DNA from: an uncultured Gemmatimonadales bacterium
Lineage (GTDB): Bacteria > Gemmatimonadota > Gemmatimonadetes > Gemmatimonadales > GWC2-71-9
Assembly (NCBI GenBank): GCA_963771275.1
Contig: CAVYSW010000003.1
Span: forward strand, 1,632,001 to 1,696,000
Direction: 5' to 3'
Length of the DNA: 64,000 nt
A program made the translations under genes and the position numbers. Within the stretch, counting starts at the first letter, position 1. The number at the start of each line of letters is the position of its first letter. The notes under the pieces are model-generated. The model was given only the letters and a program-made list of their open reading frames with translations, was not told the origin of the DNA and did no database searches. This document shows, piece after piece, positions 53,864 to 63,900 of this stretch.

Positions 53864-55237
53864 ATGTCACAGACCCCGTCCGATCCCTGGGGCGAACGGC
53901 TGCCCCGTCGCCTCGGCCTGCTCAGCGCCTGGGCGGTCGTCGTCGGGTCCACCATCGGCAGCGGGATCTTCCGGACGCCCGCGGTCGTCGCAGGGCGCAT
54001 CGACGTGCCGGCGCTGTTCGTCTCGGGCTGGCTGCTCGGCGCCGTCCTGGCGCTCGCCGGGGCGCTCACCTACGCCGAGCTCGCCGCGATGTACCCCCGG
54101 ACCGGCGGACTCTACGTCTACCTCCGCGAGGCGTTCGGCCGGCTCCCCGCGTTTCTGTTCGGCTGGGCGGAGCTGCTGGTGATCCGACCCGCGGCCTACG
54201 GCGCGATCGCGATCACGTCCGCCGAGTACTTCTGGCGCCTGGCCGGAGTGGACGGGGGGACCGCGGTCGCCTTCCTGCCGCTCTCGCTGGCGCAGGTCAC
54301 GGCGGCCGGTCTCATCATCCTCGTCGCCGTCGTGAACTACCGGGGCGTGCACCTCGGCGCGATCGTGCAGAACGCCAGCACGTTCTTCAAGGTCGCGGCA
54401 CTGGGGCTCCTCATCGTGCTGGGATTCGTGCTCCCCCACCATCCCGCGGCCGCCCCTGCCGCCGCTGCCGCTGCCGCCGCTCCTGCCGCCCTCGTTTCCC
54501 CCGTCGCCGGGTTCGGCGTGGCGCTGGTGGCGATTCTCTGGGCGTATGACGGCTGGGCCGACCTGTCGTTCATGAGCGGCGAGGTGCGCGATCCGCAGCG
54601 CACGCTGCCGCGGGCCCTGCTGCTGGGGACGGGCACCGTCGCGGTGCTCTACCTGAGCGCGATCGCCGTGTACTGGTACATCGTGCCGCTGGCCCAGATG
54701 CCGGGCTCGCCGCTGATCGCCGCCGACGCGGCCCAGGCGATCGTCGGGCGCGCCGGCGTGGTGTTCGTCTCGCTCGCCATCATGGTCAGCACCTTCGGCA
54801 CGCTCAACGGCTCGATGATGACCGGACCGCGGATCTTCTTCGCGATGGCGGAGGACCGGCTGTTCTTCCGCCGCCTGGCCGACGTGCATCCGCGCTTCGG
54901 CACACCGTCCCTGTGCATCGTGCTCGCCGCGGTCCTCGGCGTGATCTACGCCTCGATCCGCCAGTTCGCGCAGCTCGCCGACCAGTTCATCATCGGCATC
55001 TGGCCGTTCTACGCCCTCGGCGTGGCGGCCGTGTTCGTGCTGCGGCGCCGCCGCCCCGACGCCGAGCGGCCGTACCGCGCCTGGGGCTATCCCGTGGTGC
55101 CGCTGCTGTTCCTGCTGGCGTCGGTGTACCTGCTCGGCAACTACATGATCACCGAGCCCAAGGTGTTCGTGGCCGACCTGCTCGTCATCTTGGCCGGCAT
55201 CCCCGTGTACGCGATCTGGGGGCGCCGGGCGGGGTAG
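53864..55237 (+). CDS. APC family amino acid permease
   Basis: GSTIGSGIF, YAELAAM.P..GG.Y.YL..AFG, WAYDGW, GEVRDPQRTLP, RPYRAWGYP. Confidence 0.93.
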   Translation: MSQTPSDPWGERLPRRLGLLSAWAVVVGSTIGSGIFRTPAVVAGRIDVPALFVSGWLLGAVLALAGALTYAELAAMYPRTGGLYVYLREAFGRLPAFLFGWAELLVIRPAAYGAIAITSAEYFWRLAGVDGGTAVAFLPLSLAQVTAAGLIILVAVVNYRGVHLGAIVQNASTFFKVAALGLLIVLGFVLPHHPAAAPAAAAAAAAPAALVSPVAGFGVALVAILWAYDGWADLSFMSGEVRDPQRTLPRALLLGTGTVAVLYLSAIAVYWYIVPLAQMPGSPLIAADAAQAIVGRAGVVFVSLAIMVSTFGTLNGSMMTGPRIFFAMAEDRLFFRRLADVHPRFGTPSLCIVLAAVLGVIYASIRQFAQLADQFIIGIWPFYALGVAAVFVLRRRRPDAERPYRAWGYPVVPLLFLLASVYLLGNYMITEPKVFVADLLVILAGIPVYAIWGRRAG

Positions 55238-55316
55238 CGACGTCCGACGGACCGATCGTCCCGCAGCGCGTCGGCGTGGCTCTGCTCGCGCGGCTGGTCG
55301 GGGGCTCGGGCGAACG

Positions 55317-56399
55317 CTACGTCGGTGCGCGAAGCAGCAGGACCAGCCCGGCGATCCCGAAGGCGATGTTGGGCACCCACGCCGCGAGTACCGGCGGCAG
55401 CAACCCGCCCGCCCCGATGCCTTCCGAGAGCTGCACGAGAATCAGGAACACGACGGTGGTGAGCAGGCTGATGGCGATGCCGATCGCCCCGCTCGCCTTT
55501 GGGGCCGTGACGGCGAGCGGCGCGGCAAACAGGGCGATGACGACGCAGGTGAACGGAATCGCGAGCTTCAGCGCCTGACGCACACGCAGCCGCCGGCCGT
55601 CCCCGCCGGATCGCTCGAGATCGTCGATGTAGCGGCCCAGTTCGGCGTAGCGCATCTCCTTCGGCACCTTCGGCTCGACGAGGAGATCCGCCGGGGTCTG
55701 GGTGATCGAGCGCTGGACCAGCGAATCGAACCCGAACGTCTCGGTCGCATCGGGACCCGTCACGACGCGGAACTGCGGGCGCGCCAGCACCCAGCGGTGC
55801 GTCGAGTCGTCGAACCGCGCGCTCGGTGCCTCGACGACGAGCGTCGGGTACGCCGGGCCGGTGCCTTCGCGCTCGAGCACGAGGTCGCGCAGCATGTTCT
55901 GTCGGACGTCGAGCGCCCGGACGGCGTACACCCATCCCTCGTCCGCGCGGTACACGAACGAGTAGCGCGCCGGCGTGGAGCGCATCTCGCGCTCGCCGAG
56001 CAGCTCGAGCTGCCGGGTGGTGGCGACCGGCGCCCACTCGCCCACCACCAGGGTGGCGAGGGACGCCAGCACGGCGGCGCCCAGCACGGGCGCCACCGTC
56101 CGGCGCGTGCTGCGGCCCGACGCCCTGGCCGCGGTGAGCTCGGAGTGGCGACTCATCGCGCCGAGGCTGAACACCGTGGCGAACAGCACCGCCGCGGGCA
56201 GCACCTGGAAGATCTGGTCGGGCAGGCTGTACGCGTAGCCCAGCGCGATGGCTTTCGGCGCGATGCCGCGCGACAGGTGGACGTCCAGCGCGTCGGTCAG
56301 CTGGAACGCGATGACCAGGAGCGGCAGGCCGAGCGCGGTGACGAGCAGCACGCGGGCCCACTCGCGCAGCAGGTACCGGTCGAGGATGGCGCGTTTCAC
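55317..56399 (-). CDS. lptG: LPS export ABC permease, LptF/LptG family
   Basis: ILDRYLLRE, LPAAVLFA, SELTAARASG.S, LPPVLAAWVPN; GTGA overlap with the upstream paralogue. Confidence 0.88.
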   Translation of the reverse strand: MKRAILDRYLLREWARVLLVTALGLPLLVIAFQLTDALDVHLSRGIAPKAIALGYAYSLPDQIFQVLPAAVLFATVFSLGAMSRHSELTAARASGRSTRRTVAPVLGAAVLASLATLVVGEWAPVATTRQLELLGEREMRSTPARYSFVYRADEGWVYAVRALDVRQNMLRDLVLEREGTGPAYPTLVVEAPSARFDDSTHRWVLARPQFRVVTGPDATETFGFDSLVQRSITQTPADLLVEPKVPKEMRYAELGRYIDDLERSGGDGRRLRVRQALKLAIPFTCVVIALFAAPLAVTAPKASGAIGIAISLLTTVVFLILVQLSEGIGAGGLLPPVLAAWVPNIAFGIAGLVLLLRAPT

Positions 56400-57865
56400 G
56401 GGCCGGCCGCCCTGCGGGCTCCGCGGCGACCGAACCACCGTGGTTTCGCCGCCGTCCGGCTCTGATACAGCAGCACGAGGCCGGCGAGGCCGAACAGGAC
56501 GTTCGCCGTCCACAGAATCCACGGCGGCGCCACCAGGCGGTCCGCCAGCGACTCGCCGGCGATCAGCACGATGTAGTAGAACCCGGTGATCACGAAGCCG
56601 ACGCCGAGCACCAGTCCCAGGCCGCCCCGCGGGAACCGGATGGCGGTCGGCACGCCCACCAGCACGAATACGATGCACGCGACGGCGATCACGTACTTCT
56701 TGTGCACCTCCACCAGGAAGTGGACCGCCCGGACGGCGGATTGGCGCGCCCGGTCCTGATAGGTCCGCAGCTCCGTCGCGCGGAGGTTGGGGCTGCTGCT
56801 CGCCCGCTGGACGCGTGGCACGACGGCGGGCTTCGTGAAGCGCGCCAGACTGTCGTACACCAGCCGCGGCGGCTGCTGGGCCTGCAGCTTGGGCGGCAGC
56901 AGCCACGCGGCCCAGCGCTCGAGCGCGGCGCAGTAGGCGCTGCGTCGCGGCGCGGGCGGCGTGGTGTCGGGCGGCAGGTCGGCGAGCCCCACCAGCGAGC
57001 GCAGTCCGTTGAGTCGCACGGCGGCGGCGCGCCGGCTCGCCAGCACCCCCTCGCGCCGTGCGGCGTCGATCGACTCCTCCATCTCGCAGATGCTCATCTC
57101 GCGGTCGGACTTGTACGGGTCGACCAGCGTGCGCCGCAGCTCGTTGCCCACCCCCCGGACCCGCACCAGGTCGCGCGCAAACGCGACCTGCTGGAACATC
57201 TTGGGGTTCGAGTGGTCAAACTCATGCATGACGCCGGAGAACAGCGTGAGATTCAGGTCCTGCTGGTCTTCCGTCTGGCTGAGGTACCCGCTGTCCGCAT
57301 AGATCACGCGCTTTCGGTCGTTGGCCAGGTCGTAGATCGTCACGTCGTGGAGCGCGTAGCTCGCGCGGTCGATCGTCGAGGCCCGCAGGAAGAACTGACC
57401 GGGTCGCACCTCGTTGATGACCTGCTCCTGGAGGATGAAGGTCGGCTTCTTGCGGTAGATATCCGAGTACAGCGTGCGCAGGCGATGGTTCGAGCGGGGC
57501 AGCACCTGGTCGTTGAACGCGAAGGACACGAGCGTCAGCACCGCGCCGGCCACCAGCAGAGGGCGGAGGACGCGCCACAGGGAAACGCCCCCCGCGCGGA
57601 GCGCCGTGATCTCGCTGTCGCCGGCGAGCCGGCTGACGCTGAACAGCACGGCGACCAGCACGGCGATCGGGAACGACAGGGCGAGGATGAACGGGATCGA
57701 CAGCGCGAACACCTCGACGATCACGCCCACGGGCAGGCCCTTGCCCAGCAGGTCGCCGATGCGCTTGGCGATCTGGTTGAGCAGCATGATGCCCGTCACG
57801 GCGCCGAGCGCGAACGCGAACGGGCCCGCGTGGATGCGGATCAGGTAGCGGCTGAGCAGTGACAT
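56396..57865 (-). CDS. lptF: LPS export ABC permease, LptF/LptG family
   Basis: LSRYLIR, RLAGDSEITALRAGGVS, VEVHKKY.IAVAC.VF.LVG.P, LWTAN. Confidence 0.88.
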   Translation of the reverse strand: MSLLSRYLIRIHAGPFAFALGAVTGIMLLNQIAKRIGDLLGKGLPVGVIVEVFALSIPFILALSFPIAVLVAVLFSVSRLAGDSEITALRAGGVSLWRVLRPLLVAGAVLTLVSFAFNDQVLPRSNHRLRTLYSDIYRKKPTFILQEQVINEVRPGQFFLRASTIDRASYALHDVTIYDLANDRKRVIYADSGYLSQTEDQQDLNLTLFSGVMHEFDHSNPKMFQQVAFARDLVRVRGVGNELRRTLVDPYKSDREMSICEMEESIDAARREGVLASRRAAAVRLNGLRSLVGLADLPPDTTPPAPRRSAYCAALERWAAWLLPPKLQAQQPPRLVYDSLARFTKPAVVPRVQRASSSPNLRATELRTYQDRARQSAVRAVHFLVEVHKKYVIAVACIVFVLVGVPTAIRFPRGGLGLVLGVGFVITGFYYIVLIAGESLADRLVAPPWILWTANVLFGLAGLVLLYQSRTAAKPRWFGRRGARRAAGP

Positions 57866-57885
57866 GGACCCTGCAAGTTATCAGC

Positions 57886-57914
57886 TTGTATGGCCTTGCG
57901 CGGAAAACTATATT
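57886..57914 (+). promoter_or_regulatory. Sigma70-like promoter for the sprA-like gene
   Basis: TTGTAT-17nt-TATATT in the AT-rich divergent intergenic region. Confidence 0.65.
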
Positions 57915-57954
57915 GCGCCTCCTCGCCTCATCCAGGGCGTACCCCCCTCTCCCG

Positions 57955-60900
57955 GTGAACGTGCCGCGCCTCGCTCCCACCGCGCTGCTGATCCTCGCCC
58001 CGCTGCTGGCTCCCGGCAGCGCGGGGGCGCAGGGAGCGGGCGACAGTCTCCCGCGGATCACGCTGCGGCTCGCGGTGCCCCCCCTCAGCGCGCCGCCGAT
58101 GGCGGAGCTGCGGCCGGGCGGCGTGCTCGGTCTCCGGGTCCCGGCCGCGCTGGTGGGGGCCGCGTGGGAGGCGGCGACCCGTCGGCTGATCGCGGCGAAC
58201 CGCGAGGCACGCCGGGAGGCGCCGTGGGAGCCGGTCTTTCCGGAGGCCGAGATCCCGAAGGCGGCACCCCCGCCGCCGCCCTTCGCGCTGAGACCCCCGC
58301 AGCAGGAGGCGCCGCCAACGCCCGGCACGATCGAGGCGCTCGGCCGCTACGCCGATCTCGGCCTGCAGCTCCACGCGCGGTTCGAAATGAAGATGGACCA
58401 GTTCCGCAACCTCCGGTGCACCGCCGCGGACGTGATCAACCCGGTATCGGGGTGCCGGGGCGGGTTCCCGACGCCGTCCCTCGACCAGCAGTTCGACGTG
58501 CGGGCGGGCGGGGTGGTGGGGGACCGCGTGCACGTCAACGTGGACTACGACAGCCAGCGGGAGTTCTCGGCCAACAACGACATCCACGTGTACTACGAGG
58601 GTCTCGAGGACGAGATCCTCCGCCGCGTCGAGGTCGGCAACGTGACGTTCGCCGGACCGGCGTCGCGCTTCATTACCGCCGCGATCCCCGCCAACTCGTT
58701 CGGCGTCCAGGCCGAAGCGCAGCTCGGCGCCTTCGAGTTTCGCTCCATCATCGCCCAGCAGAAGGGCTCGCAGGTCCGCACCCGCGTCTACACGGTCGGG
58801 GAGCAGACCACGGAGCCGGTGGATCGCGAGCTGCGCGATCTCGATTTCGAGGTGGGCCGGTTCTTCTTCGTCGTCAAGCCGAGTCTGGTGCCCGGCTTCC
58901 CGGACGTGGACGTGCTGGCCCTGACGCCCGATCTCGTCCCGGGCGACGTGCGCCCGCAGCAGGTGCGCGTCTACCGGTTGCGCGCGCAGAGCGCGCAGAA
59001 CCCGAACAACCCGAACCTCGGCGGCATCACGGCCGTCGCGCTGCGACCGGACGGGCCCCAGCGGGTCGGGCCGTTCCCCTGGGAGCTGCTCGTCGAGGGC
59101 CGTGACTATTACCTCGATGCGACGGGCCTGTGGTTCGCGCTGGGAACCAGGGTGGGCGACCAGGATTTCCTCGCCGTCTCGTACATCACGGCCTCGGGCG
59201 ACACGGTGGGTACGTACCCCGCGGTGAACGGCACGCTCGACACGCTGGAGCTGATCTACGAGCCCCGCCGCGGGCCCGACGCCGCCACCTACGCCTACGA
59301 GATGCGCAACGTCTACCGGCTCGGCAGCAGCGATCTCAACCGGACGAGCCTGGCCCTGTCCCTGGTCGTGAACGAGTCGGAGCGGCCGCTCGACGGCCGG
59401 GGGACCTACCTCTCGCGGCTCGGGATTGCCCTGGCGTCGGACGAGTCGCGGCTCGACGAGTTCAATCGCGTGTTCCCGCGCGACCGCGACCCGAACCAGG
59501 GCGCCCCGATCCGCGATCTGTTCCTGATCTTCCCCAATCTCCGGCCGTTCGGAGACTCGACCCGGCTGGCGACCGCCGAGCGGAACGACTCGTTGTACCA
59601 GACGCCCACCTACCTGCTGGCGAGTCAGGGGCCGCCGCCCCGGTTCCGGTTGCGGTTGCACTACGACGCCGTCGGAGGCGGAGACCGCGGCACGCTCGCG
59701 CTCGGCGCGCTGCAGATCCGCGAGGGCAGCGAGAAGCTCTATATCGGCAACGAGCAGCTGGTGCGCGGACGGCAGTACCAGATCGACTACGCCGTCGGGC
59801 AGGTGACGTTCATCAACTCCGACTCGCTGTTCCGCGGCCCCACGCAGGTCCGCGCGCAGTTCGAGGAGAACCAGCTGTTCGACGTCGCGCCCAAGAGCAT
59901 TCTGGGACTGTCCTCGACCTACGATTTCGGCGCCCACGGCCGCCTCAACGCCATCGTGCTGAGCCAGCAGGAGAGCAGCGTGCTCACGCGGCCGCAACTG
60001 GGCTTCGAGCCCCAGTCGAATTTCCTGGGCGGGCTCAGCACCGAGCTCGATTTCCGCCCCGACATCGTCACGCGGGCGCTGAACGCCCTGCCGCTCATCT
60101 CCACGTCGGTCCCGTCGCACCTCACGGTGAACGGCGAGATCGCCATGTCGCGGCCCAACCCGAACAAGGCGGGCCAGGCGTATCTCGAGGAGTTCGAGGG
60201 CACCGCCGCCCGCCCGCTCTCCCTCATCGAGAACGCCTGGACGACGGGCAGCCGGCCCGAGTCGGGCCGGGGCCTCGCCCCGCCGTACCTGTCGCCGCTC
60301 GGGGGGTTCGCGGACGCGGATGCGGTGCCCCTGGTGTGGCAGAATGCCATCCAGATCGGGAACCAGGCGCTCCAGTTCGAGCCGCGCGACATCGATTCGA
60401 GCATCGTCCTGACCGGCGCCGCCCGCGAGCTCGAGACGGTACTGTGGCTCTCGCTCAAGCCCGACACGATCGGCGGCGCGCCCGATCCGGTCACCGGGGC
60501 GCCACGCTGGTATCGGCCGCACACCCCCGGCCCCCGCTGGCGCAGCATTGCCCAGTCGCTGGGCGGCAGCGGCCTCGGCATCGATCTGTCGCGCGTGGAA
60601 TACCTCGAGTTCTGGGTGCTCGAGGACGCCGACCGCAAGGCCAAAGGCGACGGCGTCACGCTGCTGTTCGATTTCGGCACGGTGTTCGAGGACGCCGAAG
60701 CGTTCGGACCGGATACGCTGCGTGTGAGCGGCGCGGACACGGCATTCAGCGGCTTCCAGTTCATCGGCCGGGGGAAGCTCGACACCGAACGGGACACGCT
60801 CACCGGCGTGTTCAACGCCACGGTGAACGACGTGGGCGTGCTGACGGACCTCCTCCCCAGCGTGGTGAACGGCGCGACGGGCGAGACGCTCACCAATCTC

Positions 60901-63900
60901 CCGCTGTGCGAGGCGACGCCCGGGACGGGCCTGCCGGTGTTCCCGCTGGGCGACTTGGGGGCGCGTTGCACGCGCCGCAACGGGTTTGCCGACGGCGAGG
61001 ACCTGAACGGCGACGGGCGACTCGACATCACGGTGGGCACCGTGCAGGAGGACGTGTTCCGCTACGTGTTTCCGGTGGGCGACGAGCGGTTCTTCGTGCG
61101 CAACGGCAACACGCTGGTCGACGCCCGCGGCCGGCCGCTGACCTGGCGGCTGTACCGCATCCCGTTCCGCGAGGACACGCTGCAGATCGGCGCCCCGAAC
61201 ATCCGACAGATCCAGGACGTCCGGATCACGGTCGTGGCGCCGGATCGCGGCCCGACCGAGCAGGAAGTGTTCTTCGCGCTGGCGCGCATGGGGTTCGTCG
61301 GGGCGCCCTGGATCAAGCGCGCGGCGACGCCGATCGCCGGGATCAGCGGCTCGCTGGGCGAGCCGCACGGCGAGGTCGTGGCGTCGGTGGTCACGACGGA
61401 AAACGCGGACCTCGGCTACACGCCCCCGCCGGGGGTGGTCAACCAGGCCGACCAGCAGGGCGCCGGCCTGGAGTTCGCCTCGCAGCAGATCAACGAGAAG
61501 TCCCTGCGGCTGCTGGCGCGCGGGCTGCGCGACGGCGAGCGGGCCGAGGCGTTCGTGCGGTTCACCGACGAGGCGGACAAGAACTTCCTGCGCTACGGGA
61601 AGATGCGGGTCTGGGCGCGGGGGCGGGGCCCGGGGTGGGAAGACCGGGACCTCGAGTTCTTCATCAAGGCGGGACGGGACGAGTTCAATTTCTACATGTA
61701 CCGCACGCCAATCCGCTCGGTGGATTGGGTGCCGGAGGTCGTGATCGACCTGCAGCGCTGGCTCGTGCTGCGCGCGCAGATCGAGGCCGCCTTCCTCCGT
61801 GGAGAGCCCCCGTCGGGCGCGGAACAGTGCGGCGGCGACTCCACCGCGTACGTCGCGTGCGACGGGCCGTACGTGGTCCAGGTGCGGAATCCGTCGGTCG
61901 GCCCGCCGAACCTGGCGCGTGTCTCCGAGCTCGCCGTCGGGATCCTGCGCGTGCGCCAGTCGGTCTACATCGACCAGGCCGAACTGTGGGTCGACGACAT
62001 CCGCCTGAGCGACGTGATCGACGACATGGGACTGGCGGGGGCGATCGACGCCCGGCTGCAGGCGGCCGACGTGGCGGACTTCGCGCTCGGCTTCACCACG
62101 CGCGACGCCCGCTTCCAGCAGCTCGGCGAGGCGCCGAGTTACATCACGGACGCGGCGCTGCGGCTGGGCGGGACGTTCCGCCTCGACCGGCTGATCCCCG
62201 GTGGGGGCTTCAGCATTCCCTTCTCCGTGCAATACACCCGGTCGGCGTCCGATCCCTTCTACCTGAACCGCAGCGACGTGCGGGCGGATGTCCTGACCGG
62301 GCTGCGGCGACCGCGCAGCAGCGCGACATCCTACGCCCTCGCCTATCGGCGCATCACGCGCGGCCGCTCCCTGCTCGAGAACCTCCTGGTCGATCCGATC
62401 TCGGTGCAGGCGTCGCTCACGCAGGGCCGCAGCACCACCGAGCTGACCGATGCCTCCACGACGAACCGCCAGGCGCGGATCGACTACAGCAGTGTGCCGC
62501 CCGCGGCGACGGTCCGGGCGGCACCGGGCTTCGTCGTCGCGCTGGTGAACGGCCTGCCGGCGTTCATCCGCAACAGTGAGTTCGCCTCGGCACTGCGCAA
62601 TGCCCGGCTGCGCCTCACCCCGGCGCTGGTGCGCGGCTCGGTCACGCTCACGGATGCCCGGACGGAGCGGTTCGCGTTCCGCGTCCCGGTGGCACTGGCC
62701 GCCGATTCGGCGCTGCAGCCCCTGCGCGGCATCAACGCCACCCTCCGCACCGACGCCGGCATCGACCTCCGGCCATTCCCGACGATGAGCCTGCGGGGGG
62801 ACTACAGCGCCACCCGCGACCTCCAGGACTATGGGGACACGACCACCGTCGGCCGGCTGCTGAAGGTCGCGAGCTCCCGCTTCCTCGGATGGAACGTGGG
62901 GTTCGTGCGCACGAAGACGATGGGGGTCGGGTTCAACGTCTCGCCCGCCCTGGCCAGCTGGTTCCGGCCCCGGTTCGTGTTCGCGGGCCGATCCAGCTTC
63001 AATCGGGATCCCAACAACCAGCTGCCGGTCCGTCTGGAGGGGGACACGGCGGGCGCGTACCGGCTGCCCGAGAGCCTGTCCAATTCCCAACACCAGGAGT
63101 TCGGCGCCACGGTCTCGATCGGCCAGCTCGCGCAGGGGGTGTTCGGGGACTCGAGCTTCGTCAGCCGCCTGTTCCGGCGCATCCAGCCGATCGACGCGCA
63201 GCTCACCCGCGACTTCCGCTCGGGCTTCGATCGACCGACGTTCGACGCCTCCCTGGGCTACCAGCTCGGCCTGGGAGGGCTGGGTGCGTTCCGGGCGCAG
63301 CGCGGCGTGCCGGCCACGTCGGCGGGCGACGGCCGCGGCCGGACGGTCGCCGGCGGCCTGCAGCTGCCGCTCGGTCTCAACGTGCGGCTCAGCTACCGGG
63401 ACCAGCAGAACACGTCGTGGGCGCTGCGGTCCTGGGAGGCCGAGCAGGTCCGATTCGACCAGCGGAGCCGCGAGTGGCCGTCGGGATCCCTGTCGTGGAC
63501 CTACTCGCCGCGCTGGGCCTTGCGCCGGGTCATCTCGATTCTCAGCGCCAACGCGCGCCTCACGCGGTCGTTCTCGTTGACCGAGCAGCCCGGCCTCGCG
63601 GGAGACGAGCCGTCGCGCACCCAGAATACCGCGCGCGCGGTCGCCCCCTCGGTGAGCATCACGTGGATCGGCGGGATCACCACGTCCATGCAGTACTCGC
63701 ACGCGACGAGCGATGCGCTCAATTCCGGCAATACGACGCGACGCGACCAGGAAGACTGGTCGGGCGCCATGAACTTCGGGTTCCGGCTGCCGCGCTCGCT
63801 CATCCGGCTGCGGAACGACATCCGCACGACCCTGTCGGTCAATTCCTCCGTGGTGACGACCTGCCTGCTGCGGGGCGGCACGACCGAGTGCTCCCCCGTA

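Noticed and set aside
54440..54495. GCC/GCT-rich repeat
   Set aside because: Encodes an Ala/Pro loop in the permease; low-complexity coding sequence.
57928..63702. 1924-aa minus-strand ORF
   Set aside because: Antisense shadow of the SprA-like gene; no motifs, and long stop-free antisense frames are expected with strong GC codon bias.
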